Source of the DNA: Christensenellaceae bacterium
GTDB lineage: Bacteria > Bacillota > Clostridia > Christensenellales > CAG-138
Assembly (NCBI GenBank): GCA_031261085.1
Contig: JAISKB010000015.1
Location: 62 to 64,061 of the forward strand
DNA length: 64,000 bases
Direction of reading: 5' to 3'
A program made the position numbers and the translations under genes. The first letter of the stretch is position 1, and the number at the start of each line of letters is the position of its first letter. The notes under the pieces are model-generated. The model worked only from the letters and a program-made list of their open reading frames with translations, did not search any database and had not been told where the DNA came from. Below, piece by piece: positions 26,872 to 36,100 of the stretch.

Positions 26872-29184
26872 TTAGTCCTCGCTGGGCTCTTCCTCCCCGG
26901 CGCTGAAGCCAGAGAACAAATCGGCCAGCGAAGTGGTGGCCTGCTGCACCGGCGGCAAGTCATAGTCGGCATCCTCACGGCGGGGACGGCGCTCGCGGCG
27001 CTCACCGCGATCCGCACTGCGGTCGGCACGCTCCGCGCTGCGCTCGCTCCGCTCGGCGGAAGCCGTACGGATTTCGGGCGTGGCGGCGCGCTGCTCGGCA
27101 CGCTCCTGCTGTATGCGGTCGCGCTCGGCCTTTTCGGCGGCCAGCTGCTCGGCGATTTCGGGGTTTTCTTCCAGCACAACCTCGCGGCGGCTCAAGCTGA
27201 TGCGCTTGGCCTCGGTGTTGACATCCAGCACCTTGCAGCGGACGATGTCGCCAACGTTGATTTCATCTTCGATTTTTTCGATGCGCTTTACGCCCACCTG
27301 CGATATGTGGATGAGTCCATCGATCGTGGGCTCCAGCGCCACAAACGCGCCGAAGGGAACGATGCGCACAACCTTGCCCTCTACAATGGAGCCGACGGGG
27401 TATTTTTGGTCGGCCGTCGTCCAGGGCTTGGGCTGCAATTGCTTGTAACCCAGCGAGATGCGCTGCTTTTCGGTATCGACATCCCGTATGAGCACTTCGA
27501 TTTCCTGGCCGATGGAAAGTACATCGGAGGGGTGCTTTACGCGGCCCCAGGCCACATCGGTCACATGCACCAAGCCATCTACGCCGCCGATATCGACGAA
27601 CGCGCCAAAGTCGGTGATGCGGCGAACCACGCCGTTTACCTTGGAACCCACAACCACCTGTTCCCACAGGGCTTTGCGGGCAACCTCGGCCTCTTCGAGC
27701 ATGATGGCCTTGTGCGAAGCGACGATGCGCTTGCGGGCTTTATCGACCTCAATCACCTTGAGCTGGAGGGGCTGGCCCACAAACTCGGCGATGTTTTCGA
27801 CATATTTGGTGGAAAGCTGCGATGCGGGGACGAAGGCGCGTATGCCCTCGATGTTGGCGATAAGGCCGCCCTTTACCACTTCTTTGCCCACGCCGTCAAA
27901 CACCTTGGATTGAATGTCTTCATCTTCCATCAGGTTGTCCCACAGCTTTTTGCTTTCGACATTTTTGCGGGAGAGCAGTACATTGCCCTCGCCGTCGTTT
28001 ACCTTTAGCACCTCGACTTCGATTTCGTCGCCCACCTTAACCAAGGCGGCGGGATCGGCATCGGGGTCGGTAGAGAACTCGTTGCGCGGAATGAAGCCAT
28101 CCGCCTTGTAGCCGATATTCACGCAAACTTCGCCGTCTACGATTTGCACGACGGAGCCGGTGATGATTTGGCCGTTGCGGATGCGTACCAGCGTCTTTTC
28201 GAAAGCCTCAGCAAAGCTGGGCTCGGCTGCCTCCGATTCGGCAGCGGGCTGCTCTACCTCTGGCTCACTTATTGCGGACGCTTCTACGGCGGGCTTCTCG
28301 ACGGCAGCTTCCGCCTCTACCTCTTCGATTTCGGGGCTTTCAGCCATCGTCTTTTCCAGTTCACTCATCCTTGTTATAACCTCCATTATTATCCAATTCG
28401 GCGTTGACGCGCCACCAACCACACCTATTATATCATTTGTATCAATATTTTCAAGCAAAAGTTCATCAGAAATGGCGATTGTTTGCACTCTTTTACAGTT
28501 TTCTCGGCATACCTGCGCGAGGCGTTGCGTGTTGGAGCTGTGATGCCCGCCTACTACCACCATAAATGTGCATTTTTTACTCAATTGAGCGGCCTCTTCC
28601 TGGCGCTTTTGCGTGGTGCGGCATATTGTGCAAAAGCAGGCGAAATCGGCGCTTTTTTGTTTTAAAATGACGGCCGCGGCCTCGAAGTCGGCATGGTTTG
28701 CGGTGGTTTGGGAAACCAGGCAGAGCCGCTCAAACGCGGGCAGCGCCGCCGCTTCCGCCGCGCTTGCCACCACGATAGCGCCCTCGCATTCCCCGCTGAT
28801 GCCGCGCACCTCGGGGTGATCCGCCGCGCCAAAAACAGCGATGGCATAGCCGTTTTGCGCGTGCTCCCGCACAAGCTTATGTATGCGCGCAACAAACGGG
28901 CAGGTCGCATCCACCAATTGGTCGGCTTTCTGCCGCAGCAGCGCATATTCCGCTGGCGCTGCCCCATGGGAACGAATCACCACCGTGGCCCCCTGCGGCA
29001 ATTCCCGCACCGACTGCACCGCGTATACGCCCTCGCTTTCGAGCTGCGCTATCACGCCGCCGTTGTGGATGAGCGCGCCATAGGTATATACGCGGCCCTT
29101 CTCGGCCGCCGCTTGGCGCGCCAAGGCTATGGCACGCTCCACGCCAAAGCAGAAGCCTATGTTTTTGGCGGTTTCTACTTTCAA
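26872..29184 (-). CDS. Fusion protein: 4-hydroxy-3-methylbut-2-enyl diphosphate reductase (IspH/LytB) plus 30S ribosomal protein S1 repeats
   Basis: The N-terminal roughly 280 aa read GFCFGVERAI...ATCPFV...VVGGHHSSNTQRL (IspH). An acidic linker follows, then four S1 OB-fold repeats (e.g. G.VV.I....V.V.IG...GFIP) and an R/E/D-rich tail. Confidence 0.9.
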   Translation of the reverse strand: MKVETAKNIGFCFGVERAIALARQAAAEKGRVYTYGALIHNGGVIAQLESEGVYAVQSVRELPQGATVVIRSHGAAPAEYALLRQKADQLVDATCPFVARIHKLVREHAQNGYAIAVFGAADHPEVRGISGECEGAIVVASAAEAAALPAFERLCLVSQTTANHADFEAAAVILKQKSADFACFCTICRTTQKRQEEAAQLSKKCTFMVVVGGHHSSNTQRLAQVCRENCKRVQTIAISDELLLENIDTNDIIGVVGGASTPNWIIMEVITRMSELEKTMAESPEIEEVEAEAAVEKPAVEASAISEPEVEQPAAESEAAEPSFAEAFEKTLVRIRNGQIITGSVVQIVDGEVCVNIGYKADGFIPRNEFSTDPDADPAALVKVGDEIEVEVLKVNDGEGNVLLSRKNVESKKLWDNLMEDEDIQSKVFDGVGKEVVKGGLIANIEGIRAFVPASQLSTKYVENIAEFVGQPLQLKVIEVDKARKRIVASHKAIMLEEAEVARKALWEQVVVGSKVNGVVRRITDFGAFVDIGGVDGLVHVTDVAWGRVKHPSDVLSIGQEIEVLIRDVDTEKQRISLGYKQLQPKPWTTADQKYPVGSIVEGKVVRIVPFGAFVALEPTIDGLIHISQVGVKRIEKIEDEINVGDIVRCKVLDVNTEAKRISLSRREVVLEENPEIAEQLAAEKAERDRIQQERAEQRAATPEIRTASAERSERSAERADRSADRGERRERRPRREDADYDLPPVQQATTSLADLFSGFSAGEEEPSED

Positions 29185-29777
29185 CCTGCCTCCTCCATCC
29201 GCACCTTAAGCGCGAGGAGATCGCTTTCGATACGGTTGGTGAGCGCGGCTACCTGCTCGTTGTGCGGCAAGCCCTCCACGGCGGCCCGCACATCTATGGC
29301 CTCGCCCACATACATTTTAGGATGCAGGCCGCGGTAGCTGTTGGGGTGTATATAAGCCGGTATCACCGGCGCGCCTGACCTGAGCGCCAAAAAAGCCGCG
29401 CCCTGCTCCAGCTTATCCATCTCGTATATCACGGCGCGCTTCCCCTCCGGGAAAATGCCAAATACCTTGCCCTTTTTTAGCACCTGCAGCGCGCGGCGCA
29501 GGGCGGCGATATCCAGCTCCCCCCGATTGATGGGGAACGCGAACAGCGCGCGGTAAAACAAATTGCCTATCACCGTGCTGAATATCTCCGCCTTGGCCAT
29601 ATAGTGCACCACGCGCGGCGATGCGAGCCCCAAAAGCAGCGCGTCGAACATGGAGATATGGTTGGCCACAAAAATGGCCGGGCCCTTAACGGCCAGGTTG
29701 CGGCGGCCTTGCACCTTTGGCATCCAAAACAGCCATATAAACGGGCCTATGACATATTTCGCAAACAGGTAAAACAT
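29181..29777 (-). CDS. plsC: 1-acyl-sn-glycerol-3-phosphate acyltransferase
   Basis: NHISMFD (HX4D) and FPEGKR motifs. Confidence 0.88.
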   Translation of the reverse strand: MFYLFAKYVIGPFIWLFWMPKVQGRRNLAVKGPAIFVANHISMFDALLLGLASPRVVHYMAKAEIFSTVIGNLFYRALFAFPINRGELDIAALRRALQVLKKGKVFGIFPEGKRAVIYEMDKLEQGAAFLALRSGAPVIPAYIHPNSYRGLHPKMYVGEAIDVRAAVEGLPHNEQVAALTNRIESDLLALKVRMEEAG

Positions 29778-29778
29778 C

Positions 29779-30459
29779 TTATTCTTTCGCCTCTGTTTGA
29801 TTTGGCAGGCGGGAAAGCACCGCGTCTATCGCCTGCTCTATCGTCATAAAAGTCGTATCTATATAAATGGCATCCGGCACGCGCAAAAGCGGCGCGAACG
29901 CGCGCGTACTGTCGTTATGGTCACGCAACGCGATTTCGTCCATCACATCCGGCAGCGTTTTTTCTATATATTCGCCCCGGCTCCGCAGCTCATGCAGCCG
30001 CCGTGCGGCGCGTTCCTCTACCGATGCGCTCACGAAGAATTTATGCGGCGCTTTGGGCAGCACATAGGAGCCTATCTCCCGCCCGTCCATCACCACATCT
30101 GAAAGGCGCGCCACCTCGCGCTGCGCCTCGGCCAGCTTTATGCGCACCGCCGGTATGGCGCTTATATCCGATGCCGCTTTGGATATTTCCTGCGTGCGAA
30201 TCAGGCCGGATACGTCCTCCCCATCGAGATAGGTATGCTGCACACCCTCCACATTTTTTGCGAAGATTTCGGTGGTGGCCAGCAGCGGCGGCACAGCCTC
30301 GGCATCCGTGGGCGCCACGCCGCAGCGCAGGGCCTTAAGCGCCATAGCCCGGTACATGGCGCCGGTATCCAAATAGAGTATATGCAGCCTTTGCGCCACA
30401 CCCTTGGCGATGGTGCTTTTACCCGCCCCCGCAGGGCCGTCTATCGCAATGTTGAGCAT
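29779..30459 (-). CDS. cmk: Cytidylate kinase
   Basis: IAIDGPAGAGKSTIAK and YLDTGAMYR. Confidence 0.93.
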   Translation of the reverse strand: MLNIAIDGPAGAGKSTIAKGVAQRLHILYLDTGAMYRAMALKALRCGVAPTDAEAVPPLLATTEIFAKNVEGVQHTYLDGEDVSGLIRTQEISKAASDISAIPAVRIKLAEAQREVARLSDVVMDGREIGSYVLPKAPHKFFVSASVEERAARRLHELRSRGEYIEKTLPDVMDEIALRDHNDSTRAFAPLLRVPDAIYIDTTFMTIEQAIDAVLSRLPNQTEAKE

Positions 30460-30493
30460 ATCGCTCCCCCTTTATAGCCAATGCCAAGCGGCG

Positions 30494-31723
30494 TCATTCC
30501 GCCGCGAGCCCTGCGCTTTTGCCTGCCAGCACCCCTGTGGAATAGGCGATTTGCAGGTTGAAGCCGCCCGTAAAGCCATCCACATCCAATATTTCGCCCG
30601 CGAAGAACAGCCCGCGCACCAGCTTGGATTCCATGGTAGAAGCGCTGACCTCCTTCACGGGTATGCCGCCCCGGGTGATCACGGCCTCGTCCATGCCCCG
30701 CGCGCACTTTACCGTGAGCGGCAGGCTTTTGAGTAGCTGTACGAGGCTTAGCCGCTGCTCCCGCGTGATGCCGGATACCTGCGTATCGCCGGGTATACCG
30801 CTGCGCGTTACCATTATGGGTATGAGCTTGGAGGGCAGCAGCGCGCCCAATGCGTTGGCAAATTGGCGGCGGGCGTTTTCTTCAAAATCGCGCAAAAGGC
30901 GTTTATCGAGCATGGCGTCGGTCAAGCCCGGCTTCAAATCGATAAACAGCCGTGTGCCCGCCGGGTCATCCGCCACGCGGCTGCTGGCGCTTAGCACCAG
31001 CGGGCCGGATACGCCAAAGTGCGTGAACAGCAGCTCTCCCAGCTCCGCAAACACGGTTTTGCCGTTTTTAACGGCCTTGAGCGTTACATTGCGCAGCGAA
31101 AGCCCCATGGCCTCCGCGGGCCAAAGCTCCACCGTCTCCAATGAAACCAGCGAGGGCTTGCGCGGCGTAACGGTGTGTCCCAAGCCTTGCGCCAGGGCAT
31201 AGCCTTCGCCGGTGGAACCCGTGGAAGGGTAGCTGCACCCGCCGGTGGCCAAAATCACGGCGTCGTAGCGCTGGGCCTGCCCGTTTACTGTAAGTATAAA
31301 GCCGCTCTCCTCGCGGCATATTCCCGTTACATGCGCCTGCAGCTGCAGCTGCGCGCCGCTGCGCCGCACATGCTCCGCCAGGGCGCGGGTCACATCGCTG
31401 GCCTTGTCGGAGGCCGGGAACACGCGGTTGCCGCGCTCCACCTTGGTGGGCACGCCCAGCCCTTCAAGCAGCGCTACGATGGCATCGTTGGTAAAGCCGT
31501 ATATCGCGCTGTAGAGGAACTTGGGGTTGCGGGGGATATTTTCAAACAGCTCCTCCACCTCGCAGGCGTTGGTGATATTGCAGCGCCCCTTGCCGGTGAT
31601 GTATAGCTTTTTGCCCGCTTTCTCGTTTTGTTCTAGCAGCGTTACCCGCGCGTGCGGCCCTGTCGCCGAAGCGGCGGCCAGCATGCCGGCGGGGCCGGCG
31701 CCTATCACGGCTATACGCTTCAC
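30494..31723 (-). CDS. NAD(P)/FAD-dependent oxidoreductase, HI0933/YhiN (BaiN-like) family
   Basis: VIGAGPAGMLAA dinucleotide fold, GKGRCNITN, and FAGEILDVDGFTGGFNLQ at the C-terminus. Confidence 0.85.
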   Translation of the reverse strand: MKRIAVIGAGPAGMLAAASATGPHARVTLLEQNEKAGKKLYITGKGRCNITNACEVEELFENIPRNPKFLYSAIYGFTNDAIVALLEGLGVPTKVERGNRVFPASDKASDVTRALAEHVRRSGAQLQLQAHVTGICREESGFILTVNGQAQRYDAVILATGGCSYPSTGSTGEGYALAQGLGHTVTPRKPSLVSLETVELWPAEAMGLSLRNVTLKAVKNGKTVFAELGELLFTHFGVSGPLVLSASSRVADDPAGTRLFIDLKPGLTDAMLDKRLLRDFEENARRQFANALGALLPSKLIPIMVTRSGIPGDTQVSGITREQRLSLVQLLKSLPLTVKCARGMDEAVITRGGIPVKEVSASTMESKLVRGLFFAGEILDVDGFTGGFNLQIAYSTGVLAGKSAGLAAE

Positions 31724-32604
31724 GACTTGCCCTTATCCCCCCGCGCGGTATCCCGCACGGAAAAATATACCTTTTCGCGCTTCCATATGCTCTCGAGCTG
31801 TTCGAGGCGCGCATAGACTTCATCCTTGCGCCGCAGGCTGGCCGCCACGATAAGCGCGTTGATAAGGCTTAGAGGCGCGGTGAGCGAGTCAGCAAAGGAC
31901 GCCATATCGCTATGCGCCAGCAGCACATGGTCCGCGCGCTCGGCGATGGGGGAAAACACGCTGTCGGTAATGGCCACCACCTTGGAGCCCTGGCTCTTGG
32001 CAAAATCCAGCGCCTGCACGGTGCGGGTGGAATACCGCGGGAAGCTGATGCCGATGCACAGGTCATGCTCCCCGGCAAAAATCAAGCTTTCGTATGGGTC
32101 GGTGGATACGTTGACGATGGATACATTATCCAGCACAAAATTGAGGTAATACCCCAAAAACTGCGCCAGCGGCACGGCGCTCTTCATGCCCACAATATAT
32201 GTTTTGTGCGCGGAAAACAGCGCATCCACCACCTGGTTGAAGGCCTCGTTATCCACGGCGTCTATCGTGGCGCGCAGGTTGGCGATATCGCTTTTGAGCA
32301 CGGTGAGCAGCACCTTATCCTGCTCCATATCCGAGGTGAGCTGTATGCGCTGCACGCCCGTGAGCCGGTTGCGTATAAGCTCCTGCAGGGAGCGCTGCAG
32401 CGCCGGATACCCATCGTACCCCAGCGCATACGCAAAGCGCACCACGGTGGATTCGCTCACGCCAACCGTGTGCCCCATGCGGGCGGCCGTAAGAAACGCC
32501 GCCTTGTCGTAATTATCCATAATGTAGTTGGCCAGCAGCTTTTGCCCTTTACTGAACGAGCCATAGCTTTGGTTGATACGAAGCAATAAATCGATGTTAT
32601 CCAT
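31720..32604 (-). CDS. MurR/RpiR family transcriptional regulator (HTH plus SIS domain)
   Basis: The N-terminal HTH_6 reads SESTVVRFAYALGYDGY. A central SIS domain follows. Confidence 0.85.
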   Translation of the reverse strand: MDNIDLLLRINQSYGSFSKGQKLLANYIMDNYDKAAFLTAARMGHTVGVSESTVVRFAYALGYDGYPALQRSLQELIRNRLTGVQRIQLTSDMEQDKVLLTVLKSDIANLRATIDAVDNEAFNQVVDALFSAHKTYIVGMKSAVPLAQFLGYYLNFVLDNVSIVNVSTDPYESLIFAGEHDLCIGISFPRYSTRTVQALDFAKSQGSKVVAITDSVFSPIAERADHVLLAHSDMASFADSLTAPLSLINALIVAASLRRKDEVYARLEQLESIWKREKVYFSVRDTARGDKGKS

Positions 32605-32613
32605 AAAATGCCG

Positions 32614-33354
32614 TTACTCCACGTTCTTCTTTTGAAGGGCAGCCAGCCCCGCATAATCGGTATAATCCAAAATGAGCGGCGTCACGGCCACATAGCCCGC
32701 GCGCACACAGCAAATGTCGCTGTTTTGGTCTTGCTCGGCATAGCGCATGCCCACAGCAGGCCAAAAGTATTTTGCACCGAATGGATCCTCGCGCTCGCAA
32801 TACGCGCCATCGTATATTTGGTTTGCCAGCGGGGCGTAGCGCACGCCCTTTATCTGCTCATACGGCAAATCCGGCACGTTGATGTTGAGCAGCATCTGCC
32901 CGCTTTCCTTCGCGAGCATATCCCGCGCAACCCGCGCCGCCGCATCGAAATTTTCAAACTTTCTGCCTGTCAGCGAAACGGCCATGGCGGGCACGCCGAG
33001 CAGCGCGCTTTCGAGCGCGGCGCATACGGTGCCCGAATAGCTGGTATCCGTGCCCAAATTCTGCCCATGGTTGATGCCCGAAAGCACCATATCCGGCTTA
33101 TTTAAGCGGCATAACGCCAGCTTCACGCAGTCGGCGGGCGTGCCGTTTATCGCATACGCTTCCATGTTTGGCAGTTTGGATAGCGTTACGCGCTCCATGC
33201 GGAGCGGCGTGCGCATCGTGAACGAGTGCGCGGCCCCGCTGCGCTCGGTATCCGGCGCGGCGATGACGACTTCATGCTCCTGGCACAGCGCCGCGGCCAG
33301 CGCTTTTATGCCATCGGCATATATGCCATCATCGTTGGTCAATAAAACGCGCAT
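32614..33354 (-). CDS. surE: 5'/3'-nucleotidase SurE
   Basis: MRVLLTNDDGI... and GINHGQNLGTDTSYSGTV. Confidence 0.93.
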   Translation of the reverse strand: MRVLLTNDDGIYADGIKALAAALCQEHEVVIAAPDTERSGAAHSFTMRTPLRMERVTLSKLPNMEAYAINGTPADCVKLALCRLNKPDMVLSGINHGQNLGTDTSYSGTVCAALESALLGVPAMAVSLTGRKFENFDAAARVARDMLAKESGQMLLNINVPDLPYEQIKGVRYAPLANQIYDGAYCEREDPFGAKYFWPAVGMRYAEQDQNSDICCVRAGYVAVTPLILDYTDYAGLAALQKKNVE

Positions 33355-33502
33355 CTAAAAGCGCCCCTTTCCGGATTAACGCGCCATATGGCGGCACGAT
33401 AATTTGTCACTGCATTATTGTAACAAAGCAGCCGCTTAAAAGCAACCGTTTGCGCATGAAAGTGCAAGTCCAGCGCATAAAATTTGCAAGCGGGGCAAAA
33501 GC

Positions 33503-33527
33503 AAAAAAGTGGCAAAGCCACTTTTTT
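33503..33527 (-). terminator. Bidirectional hairpin terminator after the decarboxylase cluster
   Basis: AAAAAAGTGGC-AAA-GCCACTTTTTT. Confidence 0.7.
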
Positions 33528-33556
33528 GATGCATGAAAGCTGCGAAGCGCAGAATG

Positions 33557-34996
33557 CTAAACCGAAAGATCCTCCACATACAGCGTCACCGTGCCGGTTG
33601 GCGCGGCAACGGCCGCCGGGGCGGCAGGCGCTGCGGGCGCCGCAACGGGCGTGGCAGCCGCTTTGCGCGCCTCGAAAAACTTTAAGGCCACCTGCGGGAA
33701 GAGCGCATAGCTGAGCACATCCTCTTCCTGCTGGATATAATCCTTAATCTCTTCGCGGAATTTATCGAGCTCGGGCTCGAGCAGATCGGCCGGGCGGCAG
33801 GTAATGGGCTGCTTATCCCCAATGGCCAGCTTGCGCACATCCTCGTTCACCTCGCCGGGCAGCGCGCCATATTCGCCGGCCAGCACCGCCTTGGATTCCT
33901 TGGGGAAGCTCTTATAGCGGCCGGTCAGCACATTGAACACCGCCTGCGTGCCCACGATTTGGCTGGTGGGCGTAACCAGCGGCGGGTAGCCAAAGTCCTT
34001 GCGCACAACGGGGATTTCAGCCAGCACATCGTAGTACTTATCCTCTTTGCCCGCCTGCTTCAGCTGCGAAATCAGGTTGCTGAGCATGCCGCCCGGCACC
34101 TGATAGATGAGCGTATTGGTATCCACACTGAGCACCTTTGGGTCTAAGAGGCCCTCCGCTTTAAGCTTATCCGCCACTTTGCGAAAATGCTTGGCAGCTT
34201 CGGCCAGCTTGGCAAGGTCGAGCCCGGTGTCATATTCGGTGCCCTTGAGCGTAGCGACCAGCGACTCGGTAGCGGGCTGCGCCGTACCGTTCGCCATAGG
34301 CGAAAGCGCGCAGTCCACGATATCTACCCCCGCCTGCACCGCCATCAGGTATGTCATATCCCCGGTGCCGGTCGTGTTGTGGGTATGCAGGTGAATCGGT
34401 ACGCGCACCTCGCTCTTAAGGCGTTTCACCAGCGAATAGGCATCATAGGGCAGCAGCAGGTTCGCCATATCCTTGATGCAGATGGTATCCGCGCCCATCT
34501 GTTCCAGCTCTTTGGCGAGCTTTACGAAATGGTCCTCATCATGAACGGGGCTGATGGTATAGCTGAGGGCCGGTTCGCATATGCCGCCGTACTTTTTTGT
34601 GAACTTGATGGCGGCCTCCAGGTTGCGCACATCGTTGAGCGCATCGAATATGCGCACGACGTCGATGCCGTTTTCGATGGCCTTGCGGCAGAACTGCTCC
34701 ACCACGTCATCGGCATAATGCTTGTAGCCGAGTATGTTTTGGCCGCGGAACAGCATTTGCAGCTTGGTATGCGGCAGCGCCTTTTTGAGCGTGCGCAAGC
34801 GCTCCCAAGGATCTTCGTTGAGGAAGCGCAGGCAGCTGTCGAACGTAGCGCCACCCCAGCATTCCAACGAATAGTAACCGATGCTATCCAGTATTTCGCA
34901 GGCAGGCAGCATGTCCTCCACGCGCATGCGCGTAGCGGCCTGAGATTGGTGCGCATCGCGCAGGATGGTATCGGTAATCAAAACTTTATGAGCCAT
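33557..34996 (-). CDS. Oxaloacetate decarboxylase alpha / pyruvate carboxylase subunit B-type carboxyltransferase (5S domain, no biotinyl domain)
   Basis: ITDTILRDAHQS, the metal site HLHTHNTTG, and an Ala/Pro-rich C-terminus without an AMKM biotin motif. Confidence 0.88.
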   Translation of the reverse strand: MAHKVLITDTILRDAHQSQAATRMRVEDMLPACEILDSIGYYSLECWGGATFDSCLRFLNEDPWERLRTLKKALPHTKLQMLFRGQNILGYKHYADDVVEQFCRKAIENGIDVVRIFDALNDVRNLEAAIKFTKKYGGICEPALSYTISPVHDEDHFVKLAKELEQMGADTICIKDMANLLLPYDAYSLVKRLKSEVRVPIHLHTHNTTGTGDMTYLMAVQAGVDIVDCALSPMANGTAQPATESLVATLKGTEYDTGLDLAKLAEAAKHFRKVADKLKAEGLLDPKVLSVDTNTLIYQVPGGMLSNLISQLKQAGKEDKYYDVLAEIPVVRKDFGYPPLVTPTSQIVGTQAVFNVLTGRYKSFPKESKAVLAGEYGALPGEVNEDVRKLAIGDKQPITCRPADLLEPELDKFREEIKDYIQQEEDVLSYALFPQVALKFFEARKAAATPVAAPAAPAAPAAVAAPTGTVTLYVEDLSV

Positions 34997-35036
34997 AATT
35001 AACTCCTATCCGAATACATTTGCGGGAAACCAAACA

Positions 35037-35399
35037 TTAGGCTAATATGAGCAGCGTGTCGCCGGAATTTACGGTGGCGCCTTTCGCTACGTTCACGGCC
35101 GCGACCTTGCCATCGCGCGGAGCCAGTATTTCGTTCTCCATCTTCATGGCTTCGAGAATAACCAGCACATCGCCGCTCTTCACCGCGTCGCCCGCCTTTA
35201 CCTTCACATCGACTATGGTGCCGGGCATGGGGCAATCGATTGGCTCCTGGCCGGCGTTGGCGGCAACAGGGGCCGCAGGGACCGCAGCGGGCGCGGGCGC
35301 CGGCGCGGCGGCTTTTACCGGGGCGGCGCTGCCGGCGGCAATTTCTTCAACTTCTACTTCGTAAGAAGAACCGTTTACATTGACGATAAATTTACGCAT
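35037..35399 (-). CDS. Biotin carboxyl carrier (biotin/lipoyl attachment) protein
   Basis: Ala/Pro linker followed by PMPGTIVDVKV..GDVLVILEAMKMENEI (biotinyl-Lys motif). Confidence 0.9.
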   Translation of the reverse strand: MRKFIVNVNGSSYEVEVEEIAAGSAAPVKAAAPAPAPAAVPAAPVAANAGQEPIDCPMPGTIVDVKVKAGDAVKSGDVLVILEAMKMENEILAPRDGKVAAVNVAKGATVNSGDTLLILA

Positions 35400-35443
35400 G
35401 AGATATCCTCCTGATGATTCGTAATATTGATTGGATTGTGTTG

Positions 35444-35857
35444 TTACACCTGCTTGATGCTGTGGATGCGCAGCCCGCTGGGCTCGGTGCCCATTGCGGT
35501 GGCAATGGCGGCCGACACGGCGGCTACCATGGGCCCGCGCGCGCTAGGGCTGGGCTGCGGCGCTGCCGAAAGGCGCGTAACGGAGTGAATCCTTAGCCCG
35601 TTGGCCGACCCAGTATACGAGGCGATGGCGGCCGCGAGGATTGCGTCAAACAGCTTGCGGTCCCGCGTATCGAGCGCGGCTTGTGCCGCTATCGCAACCG
35701 GCGCAACCGGCGCGGCGGCTGACGCAGGCTTTGCATCCTCGCCCTTTTTCGCAAAGGAACGCTTGTTTTTGCTAGCCCGTATCAAAACCACAAGCCCGGC
35801 AAGCACGATGCCTATACCTAATAAAACAGGTGTGAACCATGAACCGATGTCGTTCAC
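35444..35857 (-). CDS. OadG-like small membrane anchor subunit
   Basis: One N-terminal TM helix, an Ala/Pro-rich spacer, and two copies of a GLRIHS(V/I) motif. It lies first in the decarboxylase cluster. Confidence 0.6.
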   Translation of the reverse strand: MNDIGSWFTPVLLGIGIVLAGLVVLIRASKNKRSFAKKGEDAKPASAAAPVAPVAIAAQAALDTRDRKLFDAILAAAIASYTGSANGLRIHSVTRLSAAPQPSPSARGPMVAAVSAAIATAMGTEPSGLRIHSIKQV

Positions 35858-36100
35858 GAATATTCCTCCCTTCTGAATGTTTTTATTTGAAAATATAAGT
35901 ATAAATGTTCAATATTTGACTTATTTAGCCATGAAACCCGATTTAAACCCATTATGTATATTTTACATAATAAGCCGCCGTTTCGCAAGGTTGTTCATGC
36001 ATTTCTCACATTTGATTTTTTGCGCTTTCATGGCCCGCCATATATTTTGCTAATAGCGTGGCCAAAAAAGCAAGCGGGCAGCGCCCCCTTGCACCACCCG

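Noticed and set aside
26602-28008. A 468-aa ORF on the plus strand, the longest unassigned ORF in the track.
   Set aside because: It is antisense to the unmistakable IspH-S1 fusion gene. It has low-complexity Ala/Gly/Leu/Arg composition typical of antisense frames in high-G+C DNA, no SD, and it starts inside the ftsK upstream region. I treat it as a compositional artefact.
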